DNA of 44,544 bases from Folioceros fuciformis. Taxonomy: Eukaryota. Location: positions 75,048-119,591 of the forward strand of contig JBNGIO010006232.1 of assembly GCA_049999805.1 (NCBI GenBank), written 5' to 3'. Both the position numbers and the translations under genes were made by a program. Positions 9,597 to 20,084 of this stretch are shown here, one piece after another. The first letter of the stretch is position 1, and each line of letters starts with the position of its first letter. Under the pieces are notes generated by a model. The model searched no databases. It saw nothing but the letters and a program-made list of their open reading frames with translations, and had not been told where the DNA came from.

Positions 9597-11813
9597 ATGT
9601 TGAATCGCCTGGCGGGAGCCGTGTTCGGAGCACTAGCGGTGGTCTCAACTGCCTTCAGTATGGTGCAGGACAGTGATATTGAAGGCACCATAGCCTTCAG
9701 CATCGTGGGCCGAATTCAGTACGCATTCGACGTCTACGTTACTCCTCATCCTCTGTCGGGGTCCGGAATCTGGGAAATTCGGCTCACAGATGGCGTGTCA
9801 GTGAATTACAATGCTCAGTTGCGGGAGGGGATTAACGTTCCCGCTCTCGGCTGGCGGGGACCCTTGGCCGATGTGGTGTCAGGATGGCCGACAGTGGATG
9901 TGCTGCTGTTCATCTCGGAGAGGTTGGGCAACGTTGAGTGCTTTGCCCGCCTCTCTCAAGGGCATGCCATTGAGCCGGTGGAGCAGAAGCTGCAGGACCT
10001 GAAGATCGATGAAGTGGTGGAGCACGGTAAAGACGCTGGTGAAAGACGAGAGGTGATCCTGCCACTCAGCTCTCTCATAGGATCGAAGGAAGGCGCCAGC
10101 TCCACCGTGGGCCAAGAGAGGATCAGCCTGGCGGACCGCCCTCTCTTGGCCAACAACACAGTCTATTTTGTCTCCACAAGAGAGCCTGCGGAGAAATTGC
10201 TGCAGTCATGGACGGCGATTTTCTCCGTCAGCCTGGAGACTGGATTCACTCAGCGGCTCACCCCGCAGGGAGTGAGCGACTACAGCCCCGCCATCTCGCC
10301 TTCCGGAGAATGGATCATGGTGGCCTCCAACCAGGGTAAGGGGTACCAGGGCCTGGAGACCAGCGTGATGGACTTGGATCTCTACATCTTCAAGGCCAGT
10401 GACGGATCCCGGCGCCGGATAGCTGTCGCAAACGGAGGCTGGCCAACTTGGAAGGACGAATCCACCGTCTTCTGCCACCGACTCGCAGACGACGGCTGGT
10501 GGAGCATCTTCAAGATCACTCTTCCTCCAGATCTGGCAACTTGGGAAGGCGATCTGAAGCTTCAAGCTGAGAGAGTCACTCCTCCCGGAGTCCATGCCTT
10601 CACTCCTGCTGCTTTCTCCGGGAACAACTGGCTGGCCGTGGCCACGCGCCGGCCCGGCGAATCCAACTTCCGGCACATCGAGGTCTTCGACCTGGAAACC
10701 TCCTCCTTCTCGAAGGTAACAGAGGCGATCCAGCCCGATGCACACCACTACAGTCCCTTCGTCTCTGCTTCCTTCATCGGCTACCACAAGTGCAGGGGCC
10801 CAGGTTCGGATTTGAACGAAGTCCCGCGGCTGGAGCGGATGGAAACCAGTCTCCCGAGTCTGGATTTGCTGCGCGCCGACGGCGACTTCCCCGCCATCTC
10901 CCCCGACGGATCCCTCATCGCCTACATTCCGGAGCTCTCTGCTTCCGGTGGCCTGTTCATAATGCACCGGAACGGAACGGGACGGAAGGAGGTCTTCTCC
11001 GGGCTGGTGTTCGGCACCAGTTGGGATCGGCAGCGAGCAGGCCGGGTGTATACAACGTCGGGGGCTATCTTTGCTTCAGCTCCGGCTGCGGTGCAGGTGA
11101 TCGCTGTCTCCTTCGACGAGAAGGCGTTCAGGGCGGGTGGCGACCATGAGGCGGCGACCACCTCGTACACCGTGCTGACGTCGGAGGGGACTGGAAACAA
11201 CGCGTTTCCATCCGCGTCGCCCGACGGTCAGGAGGTGGTGTTCCGGTCGGGCAGGTCAGGGTACAAGAACCTATACATCATGGACTCGGAGGGGGAGGCT
11301 CACGGGCTGCGGCGTCTGACAGACGGCGCCTGGACGGATACCATGCCCAGCTGGTCGCCATCCGGAGAGTGGATCGCCTTCTCGTCCGATCGGCACGCGC
11401 CGGGGTCGGGTTCGTTCGCCATCTGGCTGGTGCGACCGGACGGGAGCGGGCTGCATCGGCTGTTGCCGGAGGTGGACGGTCGGATGAACCATCCCTGCTT
11501 CAGCCCGGATTCGAGGCACTTAGTTTTCACAGCCAATCTGGCGGGAAACTCCGCTGAGCCTATTTCCATGCCGCACCAGTTCCAGCCCTACGGCGAGATA
11601 TTTGTGATTGCCGTGGATGGAACGGGACTGAAGCGTCTCACCCACAACGCGTATGAAGACGGCACTCCGACCTGGGGGCGCCCTGCACCTGGTGGTACAG
11701 GGCAGCTGTCGTCCGAGGGCTCGCCCGTGGATTGCTCCTTTGATGATGTGCATTGGATGGGGAGCCCTTCTGTTGGTTTGCGCATTCCCAGTGCGTTCAT
11801 TGCATGCCGTTAG
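9597..11813 (+). CDS. TolB-like / PD40 (WD40-like beta-propeller) repeat protein with N-terminal signal peptide
   Basis: Repeated PD40 motifs (SPAISPSGEWI, FPAISPDGSLIAY, FPSASPDGQEVVFRSGRSGYKNLYIMD, MPSWSPSGEWIAFSSDR, HPCFSPDSRHLVF) and the plant family motif EPISMPHQFQPYGEIF. First ATG at 9597 gives a hydrophobic leader. Confidence 0.9.
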   Translation: MLNRLAGAVFGALAVVSTAFSMVQDSDIEGTIAFSIVGRIQYAFDVYVTPHPLSGSGIWEIRLTDGVSVNYNAQLREGINVPALGWRGPLADVVSGWPTVDVLLFISERLGNVECFARLSQGHAIEPVEQKLQDLKIDEVVEHGKDAGERREVILPLSSLIGSKEGASSTVGQERISLADRPLLANNTVYFVSTREPAEKLLQSWTAIFSVSLETGFTQRLTPQGVSDYSPAISPSGEWIMVASNQGKGYQGLETSVMDLDLYIFKASDGSRRRIAVANGGWPTWKDESTVFCHRLADDGWWSIFKITLPPDLATWEGDLKLQAERVTPPGVHAFTPAAFSGNNWLAVATRRPGESNFRHIEVFDLETSSFSKVTEAIQPDAHHYSPFVSASFIGYHKCRGPGSDLNEVPRLERMETSLPSLDLLRADGDFPAISPDGSLIAYIPELSASGGLFIMHRNGTGRKEVFSGLVFGTSWDRQRAGRVYTTSGAIFASAPAAVQVIAVSFDEKAFRAGGDHEAATTSYTVLTSEGTGNNAFPSASPDGQEVVFRSGRSGYKNLYIMDSEGEAHGLRRLTDGAWTDTMPSWSPSGEWIAFSSDRHAPGSGSFAIWLVRPDGSGLHRLLPEVDGRMNHPCFSPDSRHLVFTANLAGNSAEPISMPHQFQPYGEIFVIAVDGTGLKRLTHNAYEDGTPTWGRPAPGGTGQLSSEGSPVDCSFDDVHWMGSPSVGLRIPSAFIACR

Positions 11814-13692
11814 TTGTGTAGCTCGGAGGCAGGGGATAGGTTTGTCTCGCAGAGCTTTGATGTTACAAGTTGCAGAAGTGCGGTTGAGGTAAAGCATGTC
11901 TACTACCTTACATGGTTTTGTATATGCTGCATTGTCTTCTGGGTAGACAACAGCGAAGTGTTTTTAGACTTTGGGATACAAAGCAGTAAGTAAGAGCAGT
12001 ATGCAGTCTTGCAGGTCTTGTGAAAGTGCCAGCCTCCAGTGCGAGAGTAGCTTGAGACTGGTACAAGACCCTATGGCCTTAAGGAGAACCTATGGTCTGG
12101 AGGGGCTCTTGGGTCCTGCAGGGGGGAGTCTGATGATGCAGTCGGTGGCGAAGACCTAAGGCTTATGGGTGGTGCAGATTGGCTTACTATAGGGGTGCAT
12201 GGTATAATTGGGCAGCCGCACGGGTGGGACTCCCATGGCTTTGATAACCCGAGAAGGTAGCCGAGACGGATGTTGTCTGCAGACCTGTGTAGTGTATGTG
12301 TAGTGTATGTTGCAATGCCCATATCTATGAGGAGGAGGTTTGTGTGGTGGGAGGATGGTTGACAGGAGAATCTGTCGGAGACATGTGAGTCAACCAGAGA
12401 CTATGGAGACATGCCAAATCCCCAATTTCTATGATCACAGTTATGGATTATCACAGTGTGATCCGGGGGGGACAGATGATGAACGAGGTCCGACGAAAGA
12501 GAGGAGATGAAGGCGTAGACATTGCTGGTTTGGGTCATTTTCACGAGTGAAGTGTCTGAATGTCTCCCTCTCATCACGCGTCAGACATGTCACATTGCAG
12601 GCAGGTTTGTGGAACTGAACTTCTGTGAAGTTGTGAAGATATAATGTAAAGAAGTAAGTTAAGATGAACCTGATAATCCAAATGGTCAGAAAACGACCGT
12701 GTCCACCTACCCAAACTTCATCTCACACAAACAGATGCAACAGCTTCCGGGCTTTGTGAGGCCGGCATGGCCTCCAGTCTCGGGCGCAGATCGAGTCTTG
12801 CAGTGCCTCCGTCACGTCTTGCATTCCCCGTCACGTCTTACATTCCTCGTCAAGCCCGTGCCGGCTAGATTGGGTTGGACGAGCTGCCCGTCTGGTTGCA
12901 CAGTAAACGCAAAGATGGGTCACGGTGCCTCTCCCTCCACGTCCCACTCCCCGGGCTGTTGTGCCGTTGAATGCCCTGGTTTCTGGGGATACTGTTCCCG
13001 GTGGGCTGAATATTGCACGGCAGGTGTTGGACGGCACCAAGCCAATGGGCATCGTCAAATGACCTGGTGAGACGGCATAGCCTCGCTCCGTGGTACTTTG
13101 AGAGGAGAGTCAGGTCATTGCTGCGTACATGTATACGGCATGTCCCAGGCGTGGTGGAGCAACTGCCTGCAGGACATGTACGGAGACAATGCCCCTGAGA
13201 AGGGTGAAGGGCACATCTTGTACATTTTGCAGCAGGATGCAGTGAGATGAAAAGCCGTGATACGTGCGCACACAATATGTGTGGAGCAGTGAAGTTGCGC
13301 GCATGGGTTTCACGCAGTTTGTCCGGTTGCTGCGAGGCAAGGGGCATGTTGAGCAGGAAAGCAGGCCTCTTGACGCATTCTAAGCGTGGTGCAGAGACTT
13401 GAGGGTGTGGATTATGCATGCCAGATGCTGTTCTTCATGTAGATCCAGACCTGGTTGCAAGTGTCCACGTCACTGGGCCATATCTTTGAGACATACCCTA
13501 AGCGTGCCTTAGTGATAAACCCATAACTTAGAGAGCCTCGAGGTGTTGCAAAATTGTGCCTTTCAGAAGTGAATCTGTTGGTTGGTTCTGCTCCGATGGC
13601 CTCTGAGGCCTGATGCTGTTTCTGTTGTTCTTGTTGCCTCGAACTGGTTGCAAGTGATGCAACTGCCACCCGGTACTACCTTGGGCACACCC

Positions 13693-16600
13693 CTAAATGG
13701 GCTGCAGCCGGCATCCTGCAACGGAATCCAAGAGCCAGGTGTGGGGCAGAGCTGTGGCACCTGCTTTGGAAGCCACAGCCTTGGCTCCCTGCTGCCGATC
13801 TCGCATGATCCGTTGCCTCTCTTCCAGGCTCCCGGCTGCAGATACGTCTGTGTTGTAGAGTACCAAGGTGCGCAGTCTTCTTGGAGAGCCGTCTCTCAGC
13901 GACTGTGCTGAAGGAGCTGGCTTTCTGTGGAGGACCCTTCCTCCAGCCGCCAGGATGAGGGCCTGCAGGTCTGCTTTGTAAGCAGTCTCGAATCCCAAGC
14001 AGAAGTAGAGAGCGAAGCCGTGGAGGATTTTTGGTGCCTATGGTCGGACCAGGTCAGTAAGGATGGGCTATAAGGTGTTGTGGTCGCGACAGGCAGGCGG
14101 GAGGAGATGGTAGACCATACGTACCCTGATGGCAGACAGTTCTCTGCCTCGTCTTGGTCCATCAACCATGCCGTGGGTGTCACTGGTTACCTCGAATGTC
14201 TCTTCTCCGACTGCTGCTCCTGCAGCTGTGCACGCAGCCATCCCTGGTGCCAGGAACATCAAGGCATTGAAACATTAGACAGGCTGTTGGTTGGCAGGAA
14301 GATGGGTATGCACATGGTCGGGTACGGTGGCTGTTTGCTTACATGAAGGCTTGAGAATCCACTTGCCCTCCAACGTTGCCATCAGAAACTTTAGAGTTCT
14401 TCTCGCTGAACCGCTTTCATCAACGCCAGCGATCACGTGTGTTACAGTGGGGTTCCAGGCTTTCGCCAAGGTGGCACCTGTAACAGCGATGAATGCAGCC
14501 AGCTGATCCTGATGACAGGCAGCGAAGAAGGTGCGATGAGCTCGCAGGCATTTGAAGTATAGTTTAGGTGGATGGGTCAGCAAGTGATCTCCCCTCTCAC
14601 CTTCTCTGATGAATCCAGGCCCGATCCAGTGAGAACCCACTTAGTCGCAGGGCCTGCTGCCCATTTCTGAAAATGGAGGGTTGTGAAGTGTTGTTCAGTA
14701 GCTTCGACTGCGTTCCCCTTGCCTTTCACAGCCCTGAGGAGCGAGCTCTCACTTTGGTTATGCAGTTCGGGAAATTCAAACAAGTCCCAAGTTGACATGC
14801 AAGATACGAACAGGAGCGTGGAGGTTGAGTTCCTCACCGTTTGGAAGGCGCAGATGCGGGTACATCCCTTGGGACTGCTCCTTCATCCTTTGGGTCTCTC
14901 TTTGCTGGAGACTGGAAAGAGGAGGATTTCAATTTCCTCCTCACAGGTTTGGTCTTCCGTTCTTCCCCAACCTTCCATGCTGCATGGGCTGGGCATCTTA
15001 CCACAAAAATGTCCTGGATTGTGGACAGACCATATCTCTGAGCATAATGACAGGAATGCAAGAAAAGGACATGCACCACGACATGACAGGACATGTACAG
15101 CAAACCTACATCCTCCCACTTGCAACCAGCAATAGCCTTGGCGCATGGAAAGTGGAAACTTTTTCGACAGTGTCCATTGTAGCACCCGAGAGCTGCTCCT
15201 CTGAGTCCACAAATACTGCATTTTATCTTAAAGGCACGAGCAAGCTCCGCTTCCAGATTTCTCAGTCGATCGTTCTCGAAGTATACAGCAGGAGCCCTGG
15301 AATGTGATGGTCGAGCGACAGTCAGAAAATTTCTAGCTCCCGATCGTTGCAAAATTCAAATCCAGAGCCCGAGGATTTTACCAATCGGCACACTTCTTGT
15401 GCACAAAGGTTCTGGAACCGCCCTTTGAAGAAGACCGGGGGGCCAAATCTGCATCGACATGTTCAAGCAGCTCACCCGCTATCTGCCACCGAACACAGCA
15501 AGTGAGCGAGTTCGCAAGGGCAGGGATCCCGCATTAAGATTTGGACTCTGACCATGAACCCAATTTGCACTAAATTTTCCACTCACCTGGCAGTCACCAT
15601 GTTGTCGACAAAACGAGCACACTCTCTCCTCGCATTCACGCTCCACACGTCCCCTAGATTCCCTGCATTGGACATTGAACTCCGCTCCACCCTTGCTCCC
15701 GATCTCCTCCTCGTCGAGCAAATTGGTGTCGTTTATAACATCGCCCATGGATTTCTCCAACATTGTAGCTTCTTGAAGAGCTGCCTGACCTGGCTCAATT
15801 ACTCCTCTTTCACTTTGCTGTCTCGCAACTGAAGGCCTTGCCATATCAGCCTTCGCAATCACTGGAGGCTGAGCGGAAGCACCCTCTACCTTACGCCTGA
15901 TCTTGGATCTTTTCAGAGCAACAGGCTTTGGAGCTGTCTGGTTCGCGGCTTCATTGTGAAACCCAACTGCTAACGCTTTCTCCTTTTGGACTGGATTGTC
16001 GTCCGATTTCCTGGCCCGTTTTGGAGGTTTTAGCGAGTCTAAGATCGTCCCACCACCTGCCTGTTCATTGGGCCTGTTTTGTCGCTTCCTTGATGGCTTA
16101 CTCACGGCTGCATCAGAAGACCCAGGGACTAACCCATGCTGCTGTAAGACGGTGAGTTTTGCGTGGTGGAGTGTGTCCCACTGCACGTTCTTCTGCACTT
16201 TCTTCTGCTGCCTTTGATACTTCAGCCGTGGGCCTGCTTCAGCCTCAGTTTCTCTGCCTACGTGATCATCAGGCAGAGAAGCGTCAGCTTGAGACTCAGG
16301 GGGCTGTTGGATACCTTCACAAGCTGTCTTCATCCGATTCTGCGCAGAGAGAGCAGAAGCTGCCAACTTAGCCTGATCTTGCTCCTCATCAATTTCCTGA
16401 CCACAATCTATGCCCTGTTGCTCGACAGCCTGCAGTTGCATCTGATTCTGAGCAGGCCCACCTTCATACTCCTGCAACATGTTCTCACTTTGTAGTCCAT
16501 GCTGAACTCCGGGTTGTCCCTCGTCCTGTAGCTGCAGTTGCTCCTGCCCGCGATCCTCGATCTCCTCATTTTCCGGTTTTTGCAAGATAGCCTCCCCTTC

Positions 16601-19036
16601 CTGCTCTTCATCAGCTGGCTCCGGAGATCTGACAGACTCCGATGCGTCCAGGGCATAGTTGCCTTGTTCCGTGGGCTCTGAAGTTCGGGCCTCTTCCTGA
16701 CTCGGAAATGTCAGTTTACATCCGCGTGCACGGGTTGGCGAAGAGACCTCATCAAGAGAAGCCTGCGTGCCAAACAAAAGTAGCTGACATCAACATCTCT
16801 CCAGCATTGCTTTCCAGAGATATCGCACATTCATGGTGGATGCGACGATCTTACTCACCTGTGCCTTCTGAAGGTTGGCATCCAGTTCTGGAGAGCACGG
16901 ATGCTGTGTCCATGCAAAAACCTCACTATCAAAGCTGTCAATTTCTGCAGCAGCTTCACCTATCGGTCCCTCATTCTACACTCAAGTACCACAAGGAACA
17001 GCTTAGTATTCAGAAACGGGGCGGATGCTTTACCTTTGAACCGTGCGGAAGACAATCTTACCTCTACTTCCTTTCTGCGCAAGCTTTCATCCTCTTCGAC
17101 TTTGAGGTCGTCGAACGAGGGTCGAGCAAGAGCAAGTTGAGATGGAAGAGCTGGAGTAGATTGTGTCATGTCTGGTGTTCCAATTACGTCCCCTAACCAA
17201 AAGAGAGGAGGAAGTGGACCCCTGCCACTGGCATGAGCTTGTACAATGGAGTTGGAAGCCATCACAATCTGTCCATTAGGAAGCTTGTTGACTACTGAAC
17301 TGGAGCAACCCTGAAGGGTCCAAGTACCAAGCCCAACCTCTGCCCCAGATGCCCATCTCTTACACCGGAAAGGAGTTAGCGATGAGCTAACCGATCTTGG
17401 GTCTTTCAACGAGGCAATGGGCGATGGCGTGTGCATATCCACCAACAAGGGGGCATCACCAGCAGTGTTGGGAGACTTTGCTTGAGGCACCTCTTCCACG
17501 TGCGGGGGAGGAATCTCAACCTGCATTCGTAAAGACGGAGAAGGTTGTATCCGAGTCACGTCCTGTTCCTGAGACAAGCCTGGACCACTCTTACTGATAG
17601 GCCTGGGAGCCAGAAATGCCCCCCGGAGTCTGTTCTCAAACCTAGCAGGTGGAGGAGATACATGTATATGCTCCTTCTTCCTTGCTTCCTCCACCTCAGC
17701 CTCCTTTGATCTCTCCAAGAGAAGAGCTATCGAGAGGTCCCTGCCAGAAGGGTCTCGTTCATTTGTGGTGGACATCGCTGTTTCACTTGTGCTCCCTAGC
17801 AGAAACTGAGCCATGCTCGGCTGACCCAACTGAAACAGCTTACCACCTCTTGATCTCTTTCCCCTCATAGGACCGCTCCTCTGCTCTCTGCTTATCACCC
17901 CCGTCGAGAGAATGTTATCACTACCCGTCACCTCATTCCTGGCAAAATGTGGAACATGCACCCTGAGCCGCTTTTTGGCAGGAACAAAGGCCTGAAAAGG
18001 CTCGCCTGCAATTGCCTCTGGTTCACTCGCTTTGGCTCCAGCATCATCTGATGTGTTTCCCCCATCCTGATCCTTCCCAGCATCATGACTCTCCTGCCCG
18101 TCCTTGTTGGTAATGTCTGCAAACGCAAGATTGGATTCATGCTTCTTGCGAGCCTCTACTGCCGACCCTTTCGCTCTCGGACCTTGTAACTCCTTAGAGT
18201 CGTTCCTGCCCTCAGAATCAGCAGGAACCAAGCTCTCTGCTCATTTCAACCACATGCAGCAGATCGACGAAAAATCAATCCCAATCCCTACGAGGCCGCA
18301 CCCGGACACCTCACAAACTGGACCATCTATCCCAACATCCATACCTGCTTCTGCTGCATATGGCTGCGAGCTAAACAGGCTAAAGCCGCAAGAACTCTCA
18401 ATCCCCTTGTAAGCGGCAACCAAATTATCCAGGTGCGGTGCTGCTCGTACCTCTGCACAGACACCCGAAAGAAGCCACTCCTGAAACACATCACCCAACA
18501 ACTCCCCGCCAAGTACCAAAAGCTCGTTTCCTCCAGTCATCCATACCTCTCCGGGTGGTGGGCTGCTTGCAGACCGGGCACGAAGACATCCTCTTCATGG
18601 ACTCTGTAATGCAGCTCCTGGCAGACAGCCAGCACATTAGTCATCCTCCCCCTTTCATCCCCACACTGAACCAAAGCACTCTGCAGAGGAAAATTCTCAC
18701 TTGCAAAAATTATGACTACAGGAGGAGAGGGTCATCGTTTCCGTGAAGAGGCACCAGCTGCACAAACCCACAAAAAAGCATCAACATCCACCCGCACCCA
18801 CATTCCCAAGAAAATCGTCCAAGGCCTCCACACACGCACCATATAGGACACTTGAGCTCCCGACCCATTTTCTCCAACGGGTCAATCCGAGGGTCCACCT
18901 GCTCTCTCCCCCGCTCCCGCTGCTCCTGCTTCTCCCGCTCCTGCCGGACTGCTGCAGCCGGGATTCCGTCCTCCCCATCCCGCCTCCCGCGCCCTCGCCC
19001 CCCTGCTCTGGCCCTCCCTCTCGCTCTCCTGCCCAT
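13693..19036 (-). CDS. BRCA1: BRCA1-like protein (RING + PHD + 2 BRCT); about 14 exons (19036-18840, 18757-18701, 18617-18547, 18452-18345, 18236-17034, 16959-16859, 16762-15587, 15482-15382, 15296-15110, 15013-14838, 14733-14601, 14508-14343, 14243-14125, 14037-13693)
   Basis: Spliced RING: LEKMGRELKCPIC...CSHNFCKSCITESM...CPVCK. Motif FDSEVFAWTQHPCSPEL. Extended PHD: VHKKCADWAPAVYFE...CSICGLRGAALGCY..CRKSFHFPCA. BRCT repeats: VTHVIAG..RRTLKFLMATLEGKWIL and WLLDSVAGCRLQP*. BRCA1 rather than BARD1 is inferred from the long central region. Confidence 0.88.
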
Positions 19037-19161
19037 GGCTGTCCCGCCCTCCTTCTTCAGCCCGCCAGGCGCAGCTGCAATGCCGCCATGCTACCCCTCC
19101 CGCTCAGAACTCGCTCGGTTTCAAGAACTCATCCCCCTCGCCCACACTGAGGTGGAAAACG

Positions 19162-19494
19162 CCGGGAAACAGAATCAAGATTTGCGCAAGAACCTCGCCT
19201 CGGCAGGGGATCAGTAGCGCGCAGGCTGGGCATCAAGATTGGTCACGGAACCTCGACGCCCGGCCAGATCACGCTCCACAAACTTGGACACGCGCAGACT
19301 GCCGGCGCTGCTGGCTCGGCAAGAACGCGCCACGCATTGCTTGCAGTGCCGGTTGCGCGCGGGAGAGACAAGGATCCGCTTGGCACAGACCGGCTCGTCC
19401 GGGAGCGAACGATCCAGGAAGCTTGGGTCCGCGGATGCAATCAAGAGGCAAGACAGGAGAGGCCGCGTCCTCGTCCGCGTCCGCGCGCGGGAAA
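19162..19494 (-). promoter_or_regulatory. Two E2F-type sites upstream of BRCA1-like (TTTCCCGG at 19162-19169, TTTCCCGC at 19487-19494)
   Basis: Both match the TTTSSCGS consensus on the minus strand, within 500 bp of the ATG of a DNA-repair gene. Confidence 0.4.
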
Positions 19495-20084
19495 CGCAAA
19501 TTTCTCGAGTTTGAAAGGGAGCCCCCGCCCAGCCTATAGCTCCCTCGAATATGAACGCAGATTTCGCTTAAACCGAAGGAGTTATAGCCTCTGCATTGGC
19601 TCGGTATTATCGGGACAACTGCATCTGCTTCGCCAGGCGGCGGGCTCCCGGCGCCGGCGGAGGAAGGGACGCTTTTCATGTCACCAAGACACCTTAAATA
19701 CTGTACAATAATACCTAACAAAATGAACGTCTTTTTCTTCACCTTTCTCCTTCAGGGAACGCTTCGACCATTTGGGCCCTGGTCGATCTGCTCCATGGAG
19801 TGACCTACACTGCATACCCATCTCTGGACGCCTCTCCTCGGGCCGAGGACCATATTTTGTGCTCGGTCGGAGCGACAGGCTCGTCCGGTAATGATGACTG
19901 TGTCGTGCCGGTAATAATGTAAGTATGGGCCATATTCCAAGTGTCACATGGGAAACTCCGACCCCGAGCCTGGCCTTGGGCTGGGCCTTCCGTGGGAGCT
20001 CTTTAAGGTGCACGACCGCATTGGCTGGACGTCCTCATTAGTCTAGTGTTGTTAGACTCTTGTTCCGGGAGCGGTCAGTGAACG

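Noticed and set aside
12079-12157. Minus-strand ..IRLPPAGPKSPSRP* resembling a CLE/PIP/IDA-type peptide end
   Set aside because: No upstream signal-peptide exon or start could be linked, and the match to known peptide motifs is weak.
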